This document shows, one piece after another, positions 32,230 through 41,801 of a stretch of 64,000 bases of DNA. A program made the position numbers and the translations under genes. The notes under the pieces were generated by a model, which did not search any database, was not told the origin of the DNA, and saw only the letters and a program-made list of their open reading frames with translations. Origin of the DNA: an uncultured Planctomycetaceae bacterium. Its GTDB lineage: Bacteria; Planctomycetota; Planctomycetia; Isosphaerales; Isosphaeraceae. The stretch covers positions 4,800,001-4,864,000 of the forward strand of contig CAWIAD010000002.1 in the NCBI GenBank assembly GCA_963833985.1, in the 5' to 3' direction. How positions within the stretch are numbered: position 1 is the first letter of the stretch; each line of letters starts with the position of its first letter.

Positions 32230-32265
32230 TCAGTCCGATGATTATTCTCAGTCCGATGATAATTC
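32230..32265. repeat. 18-bp tandem direct repeat (2 copies, 1 mismatch)
   Basis: TCAGTCCGATGATTATTC then TCAGTCCGATGATAATTC, just upstream of the first gene of the leftward polysaccharide operon. Confidence 0.75.
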
Positions 32266-32936
32266 AATGAACGCGCGCACTCCGTGCCAGTGGGTTACAC
32301 CACGCTGATCCTCCATGATCGATCCGCCACAGTCGCAAACCGCTCGGTAGCCATCAATCGACTGAGGCAGCTCTCTCTTCCGTGGGAACCGGGACAAGGA
32401 TCCAAAGCAACCGGCCAGCAAGCTCATTCAGCGCGATTCTGCATGCGTTCTCAGCATAGAACACGGCGGTCCCAGCTCGTACGAAGCTCAACGATCAGGC
32501 CCAGCAAGCCTCAGAGTGACTTCGTGATCGGTTTCACGAGGAAGCACCGCTGCACATGATCGTCTTGCCTCGGTCAATAACCCCTTCCAGCAATATCGTT
32601 CATGGTTACGTGAAGTCAGGGTAGCAATCGCGCTCCCTGATTTCAAGGGTGCTTCGGCGGGTTTCTCTGATTCAACATATTCGCAAAGGTGAAAGAGCGA
32701 ACGCTCGCCGCACTTCAATGAGATCTCTTTAAACCACTTGATGGAAAGTTTTTACATCAATTCCCCTGAACCAGCCGCGGAACAGACACGAATCGAGGAA
32801 AAGCTCGCGGTTCCCCTCCTCCAAGGATAGGCCGCTGCCTCATTCCTTCAGAAAGTGATTGACAGCCTGTTTGGCGACCGCCATGTTCAGATCATAGGCC
32901 TCAAACCTGGTCCCTCTCGAAGAACTGGGCCGAATC

Positions 32937-35021
32937 ATGTCGTGGCGGACGTTGCTTTTTTTCCTGCTGTTGCCCGTCGCGGGAATTTCATCAACAGCTT
33001 CGTGCCAGGAAAAGGCCGCGGCGGAGGCGGATCAGAGAGCGTGGCCCGAATTCACCAGGCGGGTCCACGCGCGGTTTCGTGGCAACCCGGGCAGCTTCGC
33101 TCACTTCGGCGATTCAATCACGGAGTCGCTCGCGTTCTGGAGCCCGCTCAAATATGAACGGAAGCATGCGTCCATTGACATGGAGAATGCTTTCCGCAAG
33201 GTTGACGCCTACCTGCGACCCGACTGCTGGCGCGGCTGGAAGGGGCCCGAGTTCGGCAACCAGGGAGGCCAGACGGCAAGGTGGGGCGATGAGAACGTTG
33301 GCGGCTGGCTTGATCGACTGCACCCGGAAGTCGCCCTGGTGATGTTCGGAAGCAACGACCTGCGGGATGTCAGCGTGACCGAATACCGCCAGCACATGCG
33401 ATCGATCGTTCGGAAATGTCTCGACCACGGGACGATTGTCATCCTCAGCACGATTCCCCCGCGTCACGGTTTTGCAGCGAAAGCTGCCACCTTTGCCGAG
33501 GCCGTCCGGCAGGTGGACCGCGAGTTTCAGGTGCCGCTCGTGGACTTCCAGGCCGAGATTCTCAAACGTCGTCCCAGGGACTGGGATGGGGCCGCGGACG
33601 CCTTCCGTGCTTACGAGGGATACGATGTGCCGACGCTGCTGGCGCACGATGGCCTGCACCCGAGCGCCCCGCAAGCGTTCGAGAATGACTACTCCGAGGA
33701 GGCCCTGCGGTCTCATGGCTACAACCTGCGGAACTACCTGGTTCTGATGAGCTATGCAGCGGTCATCGACACGATCTCGGGAACGCGGCCGCCAGCGAAG
33801 CCGACAAGACCGTCGCTGGTGAAGGCCTGGTACCCGCGCGCCCCGGCCTTGAAATCCCCCGCGGGCGAGGTCATCCGCGTCGCCAGCGTGGAGGCGTTGT
33901 TCGCGGCCGTGCGCCGGGTGCGGCCGGGTGGAACCATTCTCCTTGCTGAGGGAGTTTATCCGCTCAGGCAGACGCTCGTGATCGCCACCGACGGGGTGAC
34001 CCTGCGCAGCGCTTCCGGGCGGAGGGGCCACGTCATTCTCGATGGGGGCGGCACGCTGGGGGAGCTCCTGACCATTCGCGGCTGCACAGGGGTGACGGTG
34101 GCTGATCTCCTGATCCAGAATGTCCGCTGGAACGGCATCAAGCTCGACAGTGACACTGGCGTCCAGAGGGTCACCATTCACAACTGCGTCCTGCACAACA
34201 TCTGGCAACGCGGCATCAAGGGCGTAACCGTACCGGAAGCCGACCGCGAGCGTTTGCGTCCGCACGGGTGCCGCGTCGAGTACTGCTTCTTCATCAATGA
34301 TCGCCCCAAGCGGTTCGGAGATGATCCAGCCGACACGGCTCAGTCCTTCGGTGGCGATTACATCAGCGGAATCGACGTGATGTTCGCGTCCGGGTGGACC
34401 ATTGCAGACAACGTGTTCGTCGGTATTCACGGACGCACGGGTAGTGCTCGGGGGGCGATCTTTCTCTGGCACGACTGTCGCGACTGCGTTGTTGAGCGTA
34501 ACGTGGTGGTCGACTGCGACAGCGGTATCTGCCTGGGCAACTCGTTCAAGCCGCCTGGGATCACCTGTCACTGTACGAACGTCCTGGTCCGTAATAACTT
34601 TGTGACGAGGGCACCGGAGAACGGCATACTGGCGGATTTCACTTGCGATTGCGCGTTCTTGCACAACACGGTTCACGAACCGAATACCCGACATGGGCGG
34701 CTGATCCGATTGGTGCATGACAATGACGGACTGCGCGTCGAAAACAACCTGCTGAGCGGCCACGAACCGCTCATCGAGACACAGAGCCGCTTCACCCTGC
34801 GAAACAACCTGAACCGCGACATGAGCAGCGCGTTCGTCGCCCCTGACGAGGGCAACCTGCGACTCACCGCGAACGCCACGGTGGCGATCGACCGGGCCGA
34901 ACCGCTCGCTGAAGTTCCTTCTGACATTGACGGCACAACGCGTGGAACGCATCCCGATTTCGGAGCCCACGAGTTCATTCGGCCGGCAGAGCCGGCGCCC
35001 GCTCCGCCGGCTCATGATTGA
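32937..35021 (+). CDS. Secreted SGNH/GDSL hydrolase fused to a right-handed parallel beta-helix domain
   Basis: Signal peptide; FGDSIT, GSND, DGLHP blocks; C-terminal half with beta-helix repeats (VTIHNCVLHN, IADNVF, VERNVV, VRNNFV) and DIDG..R...PDFGAHE tail. Confidence 0.85.
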   Translation: MSWRTLLFFLLLPVAGISSTASCQEKAAAEADQRAWPEFTRRVHARFRGNPGSFAHFGDSITESLAFWSPLKYERKHASIDMENAFRKVDAYLRPDCWRGWKGPEFGNQGGQTARWGDENVGGWLDRLHPEVALVMFGSNDLRDVSVTEYRQHMRSIVRKCLDHGTIVILSTIPPRHGFAAKAATFAEAVRQVDREFQVPLVDFQAEILKRRPRDWDGAADAFRAYEGYDVPTLLAHDGLHPSAPQAFENDYSEEALRSHGYNLRNYLVLMSYAAVIDTISGTRPPAKPTRPSLVKAWYPRAPALKSPAGEVIRVASVEALFAAVRRVRPGGTILLAEGVYPLRQTLVIATDGVTLRSASGRRGHVILDGGGTLGELLTIRGCTGVTVADLLIQNVRWNGIKLDSDTGVQRVTIHNCVLHNIWQRGIKGVTVPEADRERLRPHGCRVEYCFFINDRPKRFGDDPADTAQSFGGDYISGIDVMFASGWTIADNVFVGIHGRTGSARGAIFLWHDCRDCVVERNVVVDCDSGICLGNSFKPPGITCHCTNVLVRNNFVTRAPENGILADFTCDCAFLHNTVHEPNTRHGRLIRLVHDNDGLRVENNLLSGHEPLIETQSRFTLRNNLNRDMSSAFVAPDEGNLRLTANATVAIDRAEPLAEVPSDIDGTTRGTHPDFGAHEFIRPAEPAPAPPAHD

Positions 35022-35064
35022 GCGTACGAACGTCCCGCAGCCGTCCTCCCAGCCGCAGCCGAGC

Positions 35065-37278
35065 TCAATCGTCCGGCAGAGACACGCCGTTGGACTGGAG
35101 GCCCTCGAAAAGGGGCGCCAGCATATCCCGGTAGTTCCTCCATCTGCCGACGGATCGGTTGTGGAGAGCCTGGCGAACTTGCACCAGGCTGGCCGTGCGA
35201 ACGACCCGACGCGTGGCCTGGAACTGGAGGCACGCCGGATTCCAGTCCAGCCCCAGGAAGTCGAGCATGCGCCGCGTGGTCTGCTCAAAATCCGCTACGA
35301 GGCACTCGTAGTCAATTTCCAGACATGGCAGAGGGTGGACGCGGCGCCAGTGCTCTAGCACGCGCTGGTGATCGGCGAACCGCCGGGCGATGTGTTCCCA
35401 CCGATTCGACCAGGGATTGGTCTCGAACCCCGCAAACCAGCAGGATAAGGCGACATCGCGAAGATCCCGGTTGCAATTAATGACGCGTGAACCGGGCCAC
35501 AGGAGCGCGACAAGGCCCAGCAGATTGACATTATCGGGCATCTTGTCGATGACGCGGCAGGCGGTCGGCGGGACCTCGCACGTCAGTATCTCCAGATAGC
35601 GCCTGGCGGCCATCCGTGCCGACTGAGGGTCAAGCAATAGTAAGGCGTCAAAGGGGTCGACTTGCGGTGCTTTGACAAGAGAAGGCAGCGATTCGAAGGT
35701 CTCCATGACGTCCCGCAGCTCGCCAGCACCATGGATACTGGGATGGGAGGCCAGAACTTGCTCGATCAACGTCGTTCCCGAGCGCGGCAGACCGACCACG
35801 AAGACAGGCCGCGGATCATCAAGTCCCCAGTCCCTGCGGGCGGCGAAGAAACCGGACGTGAACAAGGCAATCAACCGGTCCACGAAGCGTGTGTGCTCAT
35901 CCGGATCCCAATGGATGCCCCAGGACGCCTTTACAGCCGACTGGTGCGCATTCGCGGCCACGAGATGTTCAGCCGCACAGAAGTACTCTGCACGCGCGTC
36001 GTACACGGCGGCCAGACCGAAATGGAGCAAGGAACGATCGCGCTGCGAGAACGTGTCACGGGTGAGCAACTGCTCCATCCCGTGAAGATCACGATCCGGC
36101 AAGCGGTCCTTGAGGATCATCGCCAGGCGCCAGTGAGCGTCGCACAGGTCGGGCTGCTGTGACAGGACTGCGCGGACCGACTGGCAAGCGAGCTCGAAAT
36201 CACCGCGCTCCGCCTGGAGCCTTGCCAGCCCGACCCACGACGCGCTCAGGTCCGGACTGATCCGCAGAGCGGTCTGGAAGCCGCTCTCAGCTTCATCGAG
36301 CAGGCCCAGTTCGAGCAGTGCCTGCCCGCGTCCCTGGTGGCCCTGGGCGAACTCGGGGTCCAAAGTCACGGACCGCCCGTAGTGGCTGGCGGATTCGGCG
36401 TGGTTCCCCATGGTCGCAGCCAGGCTGCCGAAATCGGCGTGTACACGAGCGTCTTCAGGGTCAAGCGTGCGCGCCGCCTCGTACAGCCGCCCGGCCTCAG
36501 CGTAGCGGCCGCAGCACTGAAGCACCTGACCGAAATAGCGATGCGAGGAGGCTCGGCGCGGGTCGATCTGTAATGCAAGCTGGTAGCACGCCACCGCCTC
36601 GTCGAGATGTCCTCGAACGCGCAGCACATTCCCGAGGATGTCGAGTGCATCGGCATATCCGGGATGAACTGTCAACGCCCGGCGGCATGCCGCCTCGGCC
36701 TCGCCCAGTAAAGCTGGGTCACCCTGCTCTCCCAGTGCACGGGCCAGGTTCGTCCACGAGCCTGGATCATCGGGCTCAATTCTCAGGTGGGCTCGCAGGA
36801 CATCGACGGCATCCACCCAGCGCCTTCTACCCAGCAGCGTGCTCGCCAGATTTCGGTAGGCCACGGCAAACTCGGGTTGCACGTGGATCGCCGTGCGGTA
36901 CGCGGCCTCGGCATCGTCGAAGCGACGCTCATCGAACGCCAGTCGGCCGAGCGAGTTCCACGGGTCGGGCAGGGTACCATCCAGCTCGATAGCCCGGAGC
37001 AACTGGGACCGAGCTTCTTCGTATCGACCCCGCCTCCGGTAGGCAGCACCCAGCTTTGCATGCAAGCGTGCCGAGTAAGGGTGTGTAGAGATCCCCTGCT
37101 CAAATTGTGTAATAGCTCTTTCCATAAGGTCCTGCTGAAAGCAGACCACGCCAAGCCCTTCCATGGCTTCCAGTTCATCCGGATTCGAGCGGAGGACTGC
37201 CTGATAGAGCGACGCGGCCTCGGCCAGACGGCCGTCCGCGTGCGCGGCATGAGCTTCGTTGAGCAGGCTCGTTCGCAC
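35065..37278 (-). CDS. TPR-containing sulfotransferase
   Basis: N-terminal TPR array; VGLPRSGTTL (PAPS binding), DKMPDN, RDLRDVALSC, TASLVQVRQ. Confidence 0.9.
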   Translation of the reverse strand: MRTSLLNEAHAAHADGRLAEAASLYQAVLRSNPDELEAMEGLGVVCFQQDLMERAITQFEQGISTHPYSARLHAKLGAAYRRRGRYEEARSQLLRAIELDGTLPDPWNSLGRLAFDERRFDDAEAAYRTAIHVQPEFAVAYRNLASTLLGRRRWVDAVDVLRAHLRIEPDDPGSWTNLARALGEQGDPALLGEAEAACRRALTVHPGYADALDILGNVLRVRGHLDEAVACYQLALQIDPRRASSHRYFGQVLQCCGRYAEAGRLYEAARTLDPEDARVHADFGSLAATMGNHAESASHYGRSVTLDPEFAQGHQGRGQALLELGLLDEAESGFQTALRISPDLSASWVGLARLQAERGDFELACQSVRAVLSQQPDLCDAHWRLAMILKDRLPDRDLHGMEQLLTRDTFSQRDRSLLHFGLAAVYDARAEYFCAAEHLVAANAHQSAVKASWGIHWDPDEHTRFVDRLIALFTSGFFAARRDWGLDDPRPVFVVGLPRSGTTLIEQVLASHPSIHGAGELRDVMETFESLPSLVKAPQVDPFDALLLLDPQSARMAARRYLEILTCEVPPTACRVIDKMPDNVNLLGLVALLWPGSRVINCNRDLRDVALSCWFAGFETNPWSNRWEHIARRFADHQRVLEHWRRVHPLPCLEIDYECLVADFEQTTRRMLDFLGLDWNPACLQFQATRRVVRTASLVQVRQALHNRSVGRWRNYRDMLAPLFEGLQSNGVSLPDD

Positions 37279-37748
37279 AGCGGCTTCCCCTCAGTTCGAC
37301 CGCGTGAGAGCACGGTCACCCCGGGCCGGAGCACTGATCGGCACATCGGTCGAAGTGAACCGAAGCGTTCACGTTTATCACCAGGCCATGGACCCTGAAA
37401 CGCCGGGCCAGGAAAGTATTATTGATGGAGGTCTCAATGCGCGGTATCATGGTGCCGGGTAGCGAGATTGACACCGGCAATTCTAAGTCGAGCAACTTCG
37501 TCTGGCATCCGGAGCCAAAACAACGTTTGCACCTGGATCGGGCAACGGATGACAAGCAACTTGGCGGAATGTTGGGAACCCCGACTTCGGAATCGTTCCT
37601 GATCTCGACTGAGGGTCAGTCCCCCGGGTTTCCTCGAATGTTCTTGAGGACGGTTCTGGACAGAAGCTAGGCCATTCGACGACTCAGCGTATTCCACAGT
37701 GCATACGGGCTCTCCAGGAATCTCTCGATCATCGAGGCCCAACGCAAG

Positions 37749-38687
37749 ATGTTGTCCGAGAATAACAAGACGGTTGACTGGTGGCGATTTGGTTCTCTGG
37801 CCGTTCTGGCAGGGGCGACGTTCTGGGTTTTCTGGCCCGTCATCTCAGCCATGCAGGAACGTTGGAGCCACGATCCACGATATGCGCACGGATATCTCGT
37901 CCCCATCTTCTCGCTGTCGCTGCTCTGGATGAGGCGGAAGCAGTTAACTGTTGACGAATTGCGACCGAGCAAACACGGCTTGTCGTTTCTCGTGATCGGC
38001 GTGGCCATCCTGCTTCTTGGCGGCTATTTTCGCCAGGAAAGCATCGAAGGAATCGCGTTCCTGCTCTATCTCGCCGGGATCATTCTCCTCGTAGGTGGCT
38101 GGGCTGCTCTGAAATGGGCATGGCCCTCGATCGGATTCCTGTTCTTCATGATACCGCTTCCCTGGCGGCTCGAGAACGCGATGGGTCCACCGCTCCAGTG
38201 GCTGGCCACCAAGGCGAGTACTTTTGCACTTCAAACCGCGGGCTTCATGGCGTTCGATGAAGGCAATGTAATCCAGTTGAGCGAGGGAAGGATCGGCGTT
38301 GTGGAAGCGTGTAGCGGACTGAGCATGGTGATCACGTTTATCGCGCTGTCCGTTGGCCTGGCAATGGTGGTCGAGCGTCCAGTTCTCGATCGGATCATGC
38401 TGGTTTTCAGTGCAATACCGGTTGCTTTGCTGGCCAACATCGCGCGGATCACGTTGACGGGTGTCTTGCACGAGACGGTCAGCGGGTCGATCGCTGATCA
38501 CTTCTACCATGATCTGGCAGGATGGGTCATGATACCGTTCGCGATGCTCCTCTACTGGTGCGAGATCTGGATGCTTACGCATATCTTGAACGACACCGAA
38601 GCGGTTCCAGTTCCCGTTGGTCTTGCGCACAATGAGCATTCGCGTGTCCAGGCACCGGCTCTGGCAATGGTAAGGAAGCGCCTTTGA
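37749..38687 (+). CDS. Exosortase/archaeosortase family protein
   Basis: W..DPRYAHGYLVP, VVEACSGL (catalytic Cys), ANIARI (Arg), FYHDLAGW (His); multi-pass membrane protein. Confidence 0.93.
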   Translation: MLSENNKTVDWWRFGSLAVLAGATFWVFWPVISAMQERWSHDPRYAHGYLVPIFSLSLLWMRRKQLTVDELRPSKHGLSFLVIGVAILLLGGYFRQESIEGIAFLLYLAGIILLVGGWAALKWAWPSIGFLFFMIPLPWRLENAMGPPLQWLATKASTFALQTAGFMAFDEGNVIQLSEGRIGVVEACSGLSMVITFIALSVGLAMVVERPVLDRIMLVFSAIPVALLANIARITLTGVLHETVSGSIADHFYHDLAGWVMIPFAMLLYWCEIWMLTHILNDTEAVPVPVGLAHNEHSRVQAPALAMVRKRL

Positions 38688-38769
38688 GTGCAAACAACAG
38701 GCGACCGGCTTCCGTGGGGAATGGCCGCAATATGCAGGATACTTATCCGAACTTTTCAGGTACTTGTTC

Positions 38770-41121
38770 ATGAACCAGCCCAGTCGAGCCACAGGCGAAC
38801 TCGCCGGACCGATTACGACTACGGCCACGGTCATCGATACCGTGGGCGGCGATGGGCCAGAGCTTGTTCCTGCCGTTTATCGAGGGCCCAATTCGACCGC
38901 GAGTTCCGGGCCGAGCCCGCTCGGCTTGCTCAAGGCCCTGAGACGCCGGCTCATGCTTGCGGTTGGACTGGGCACGCTGGTTTCCGCTGCCTGCGCCTCG
39001 GCTGCTTGGTCCCTGCTCCCGCCACCAAATTATCAGGCCCAGGCCAAAGTGCTGGTGCGAACGTCAACCCCGCAGATCATGTGGAAGACCGTTGACGCCG
39101 AGGCGGAACGTGATGAATCGATACGAAGCCAGAAGAGCCAGCTCATCCAGCTCAAGAGCCGCTTTGTCATCAATACCGCCCTCCAGCAGCGCGGGATCAG
39201 CGATCTGAACATGATTCGCGAACTGATTCGCCAACAGGAAAGGCCTGTGGAATGGCTCTCGGAACATCTGCAGGCTCAGTTCCTTACGGGAACGGAGGTA
39301 TTGCAGATCTCCCTCGACGGCCAGGACCCAGCTGAACTGGCACAGGTGGTCAACGCCGTGACCAACACCTACATCGAGGAAGTGGCGAACGGTGATCAGA
39401 AGCGACGCATACAACGTCGCGAACTGCTCAAGAGGCTCAGCAAGGAGAAATTCGATCTCTTGAAGAACCGCCGCGAGGCACTCCGGCAACTTGCGAAGAG
39501 GGCAGGGTCGGACGATCGTGAGACTTTGGTGCTGAAGCAGCAATATGCAATTGAACTAGGAACGGATGTCCGTAAGGACCTGCGGGAAGTTCAATCCCAG
39601 AAGCGAAAGCTCGAGGCGATGGTCCGAGCTCGCCAACCCGACGCAGTCCAGGAGACCGCCGCACCGACCTTCTCGAATGACGATGTGGCGCGTCTTGTCG
39701 AGCAGGATCCCGAGGTCCTCGATCTCCGATCAAGGATCGACGCAGCCACGGAACGCCTCGCCTCCGAGGCCGCCTACACCGGCCGCGTCGCACGCAACGC
39801 GACGCTCAATCCGGCCCTCAAGACACTCCGCGACCGGGTCGATTTGCTCAAAAAACAGCTCGAGCGAAAACGAAAGTCCATTCGGCCAATTGTGATCAAG
39901 CAACTCCAGAATCCGCCGGACGAGGCTCAAGCCATCCCGGGAGCCGGCGGCAGCCCGGAGCAGCAACTTGCGGTGCTCAAAGAGCTTGAAGCGAGCTTGC
40001 AAGAAGAGCTCAAGAACGCCTCGAATATGGATCAGGTTCTCACTGACAACACACTGGACGTGCAGGATAACAAGGAAGAGCTCAAGCAGGTTGAAGACGC
40101 CGCGACGAAGATCTCAATGGAAGTGGAAAAGCTTGATGTCGAACTGCAAGCACCGCCACGCATCAGCTTGCTTGAAGAAGCGATTCCGCCGACAACGAGG
40201 AACACCAAGAAATGGTACATGACTTTCGGCATGATCGCGATCGGCTCGTTTTTCGGATGCTTATTCTTGGTAGCCTTCCTGGAGATGCAATCGCACAGGA
40301 TCGACTCGGCTGACGAGGTGATTGCGGATCTCGGGCTCACGGTGGTCGGATCGTTACCCATGCTGCCAGCGACGGCACGGCGGAATCGTGGCATGGTTCG
40401 TAGCGAGAAAGATAGCCACTGGTATAACTTGCTCCTCGAATCGATTGACGCAACACGCACGATGCTGATCCACGCGGCTCGCTCGGGCGGGCACAGGGTG
40501 GTGATGATCGCCAGTGCCCTGCCCGGCGAAGGGAAGACCTCGCTCGCCAGCCACCTGGCGACCAGCCTGGCCCGCAGTGGCCAGAGGACCCTGCTCGTCG
40601 ACGCGGACCTGCGATGCCCCACGATCCATGGACTTTTTGATTTGCCGCCCGAACCAGGCTTGAGCGAACTGCTCAGAGGTCAAGCGACTCTCGAGGATGT
40701 GGTCTCCGCCACCGCTGTCGAGGAGTTGAAGGTCATTCCCGGCGGGAGATGTGACGCACAAACCCTGAGAATCCTCTCCCAGGGAGGGATGGGCGGTCTC
40801 TTTGGACAGCTCAAGGAACATTTTGACTTCGTCATCGTCGACTCCTCGCCGATCCTTCCAGTTGCCGATGCACTTATCATGGCCCAGCAAGTCGACGCGG
40901 TTCTCTTCTCCGTCCTTGCTGATGTGAGCCGAAAAAAGCAGGTCCTTGCAGCCTATCAACGCATCACGTCTCTCGGCATCAAGGTCCTCGGAGCGGTTCT
41001 CACTGGTGTCAGTGACCGAACGAATTATGGCCGGAAGTACTACACGGCATATTCCGCTAGCGGACGCCTGGCATCGCCCGAACGCCCCGGAACCACGACT
41101 ATCTCGGATGATGCGTCATGA
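38770..41121 (+). CDS. Polysaccharide co-polymerase / tyrosine autokinase (Wzc/CapB-like)
   Basis: Two TM segments flanking coiled coil; SALPGEGKTS, LLVDADLRCP, VIVDSSP; C-terminal Tyr cluster NYGRKYYTAY. Confidence 0.92.
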   Translation: MNQPSRATGELAGPITTTATVIDTVGGDGPELVPAVYRGPNSTASSGPSPLGLLKALRRRLMLAVGLGTLVSAACASAAWSLLPPPNYQAQAKVLVRTSTPQIMWKTVDAEAERDESIRSQKSQLIQLKSRFVINTALQQRGISDLNMIRELIRQQERPVEWLSEHLQAQFLTGTEVLQISLDGQDPAELAQVVNAVTNTYIEEVANGDQKRRIQRRELLKRLSKEKFDLLKNRREALRQLAKRAGSDDRETLVLKQQYAIELGTDVRKDLREVQSQKRKLEAMVRARQPDAVQETAAPTFSNDDVARLVEQDPEVLDLRSRIDAATERLASEAAYTGRVARNATLNPALKTLRDRVDLLKKQLERKRKSIRPIVIKQLQNPPDEAQAIPGAGGSPEQQLAVLKELEASLQEELKNASNMDQVLTDNTLDVQDNKEELKQVEDAATKISMEVEKLDVELQAPPRISLLEEAIPPTTRNTKKWYMTFGMIAIGSFFGCLFLVAFLEMQSHRIDSADEVIADLGLTVVGSLPMLPATARRNRGMVRSEKDSHWYNLLLESIDATRTMLIHAARSGGHRVVMIASALPGEGKTSLASHLATSLARSGQRTLLVDADLRCPTIHGLFDLPPEPGLSELLRGQATLEDVVSATAVEELKVIPGGRCDAQTLRILSQGGMGGLFGQLKEHFDFVIVDSSPILPVADALIMAQQVDAVLFSVLADVSRKKQVLAAYQRITSLGIKVLGAVLTGVSDRTNYGRKYYTAYSASGRLASPERPGTTTISDDAS

Positions 41122-41801
41122 AGAACACGGTCACAATCGCGGGGGCAGTCGCGCTCATCGCCGTCTCCGGTCTGGTCCACGGCACATGGACGAATCGGTG
41201 GAGAGCAGCCCCTGAGCTCAAAAGCTTAGCCACCCGGTTTCAGTCTGTTCCCAGGCAGATTGGCGACTGGACCGCGACCTCCCGGTCACTGCCTCCCCGG
41301 GAGATGGCGATCGCTGGCGCGGTCGGAGAGGCCTTGCATGTCTACACGAACTCCGCGGCCAATCAATCAATCTCTGTCATGTTGCTCTGCGGTCTGCCGG
41401 GGAACATCTCCGCACATACCCCTGACGCCTGCTATCCCGGAGCCGGCTATAGCCTGGGAGAAAGCCAGAGGTACGTTCAAAGTTACGGAGATCCTCCTCG
41501 GGTCGCTGAGTTCCAGACCGCGGTGGCAACGCGAACGGGGGTCAATCCTTCGCGATTACGAATTTACTGGACCTGGCACGGCTCCAGCGGATGGTCCGCG
41601 CCCGAGAACCCGAGATGGGCGTTCGCGGCCGAGCCGATGCTTACAAAACTGTATGTCGTGAGACAGACCGGCGCAGTCCAGGATGATCCCTCGGCGGACC
41701 CGTGCGCCGCGTTTCTGTCGCTCCTGCTCCCTGAAGTCGATCGACTGATCAATCCGTCCACTCGAACTGAACGGGCCGGGCCAGACGACGTCCCTCGCTG
41801 A
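41118..41801 (+). CDS. Exosortase-associated EpsI family protein
   Basis: GLVHGTWTNRW, PRQIGDW, HTPDACYPGAGY; overlaps wzc stop (ATGA). Confidence 0.85.
   Translation: MKNTVTIAGAVALIAVSGLVHGTWTNRWRAAPELKSLATRFQSVPRQIGDWTATSRSLPPREMAIAGAVGEALHVYTNSAANQSISVMLLCGLPGNISAHTPDACYPGAGYSLGESQRYVQSYGDPPRVAEFQTAVATRTGVNPSRLRIYWTWHGSSGWSAPENPRWAFAAEPMLTKLYVVRQTGAVQDDPSADPCAAFLSLLLPEVDRLINPSTRTERAGPDDVPR

Noticed and set aside
33114..35288. 724-aa minus-strand ORF
   Set aside because: Antisense shadow of the SGNH/beta-helix gene; no motifs, expected in high-GC DNA.
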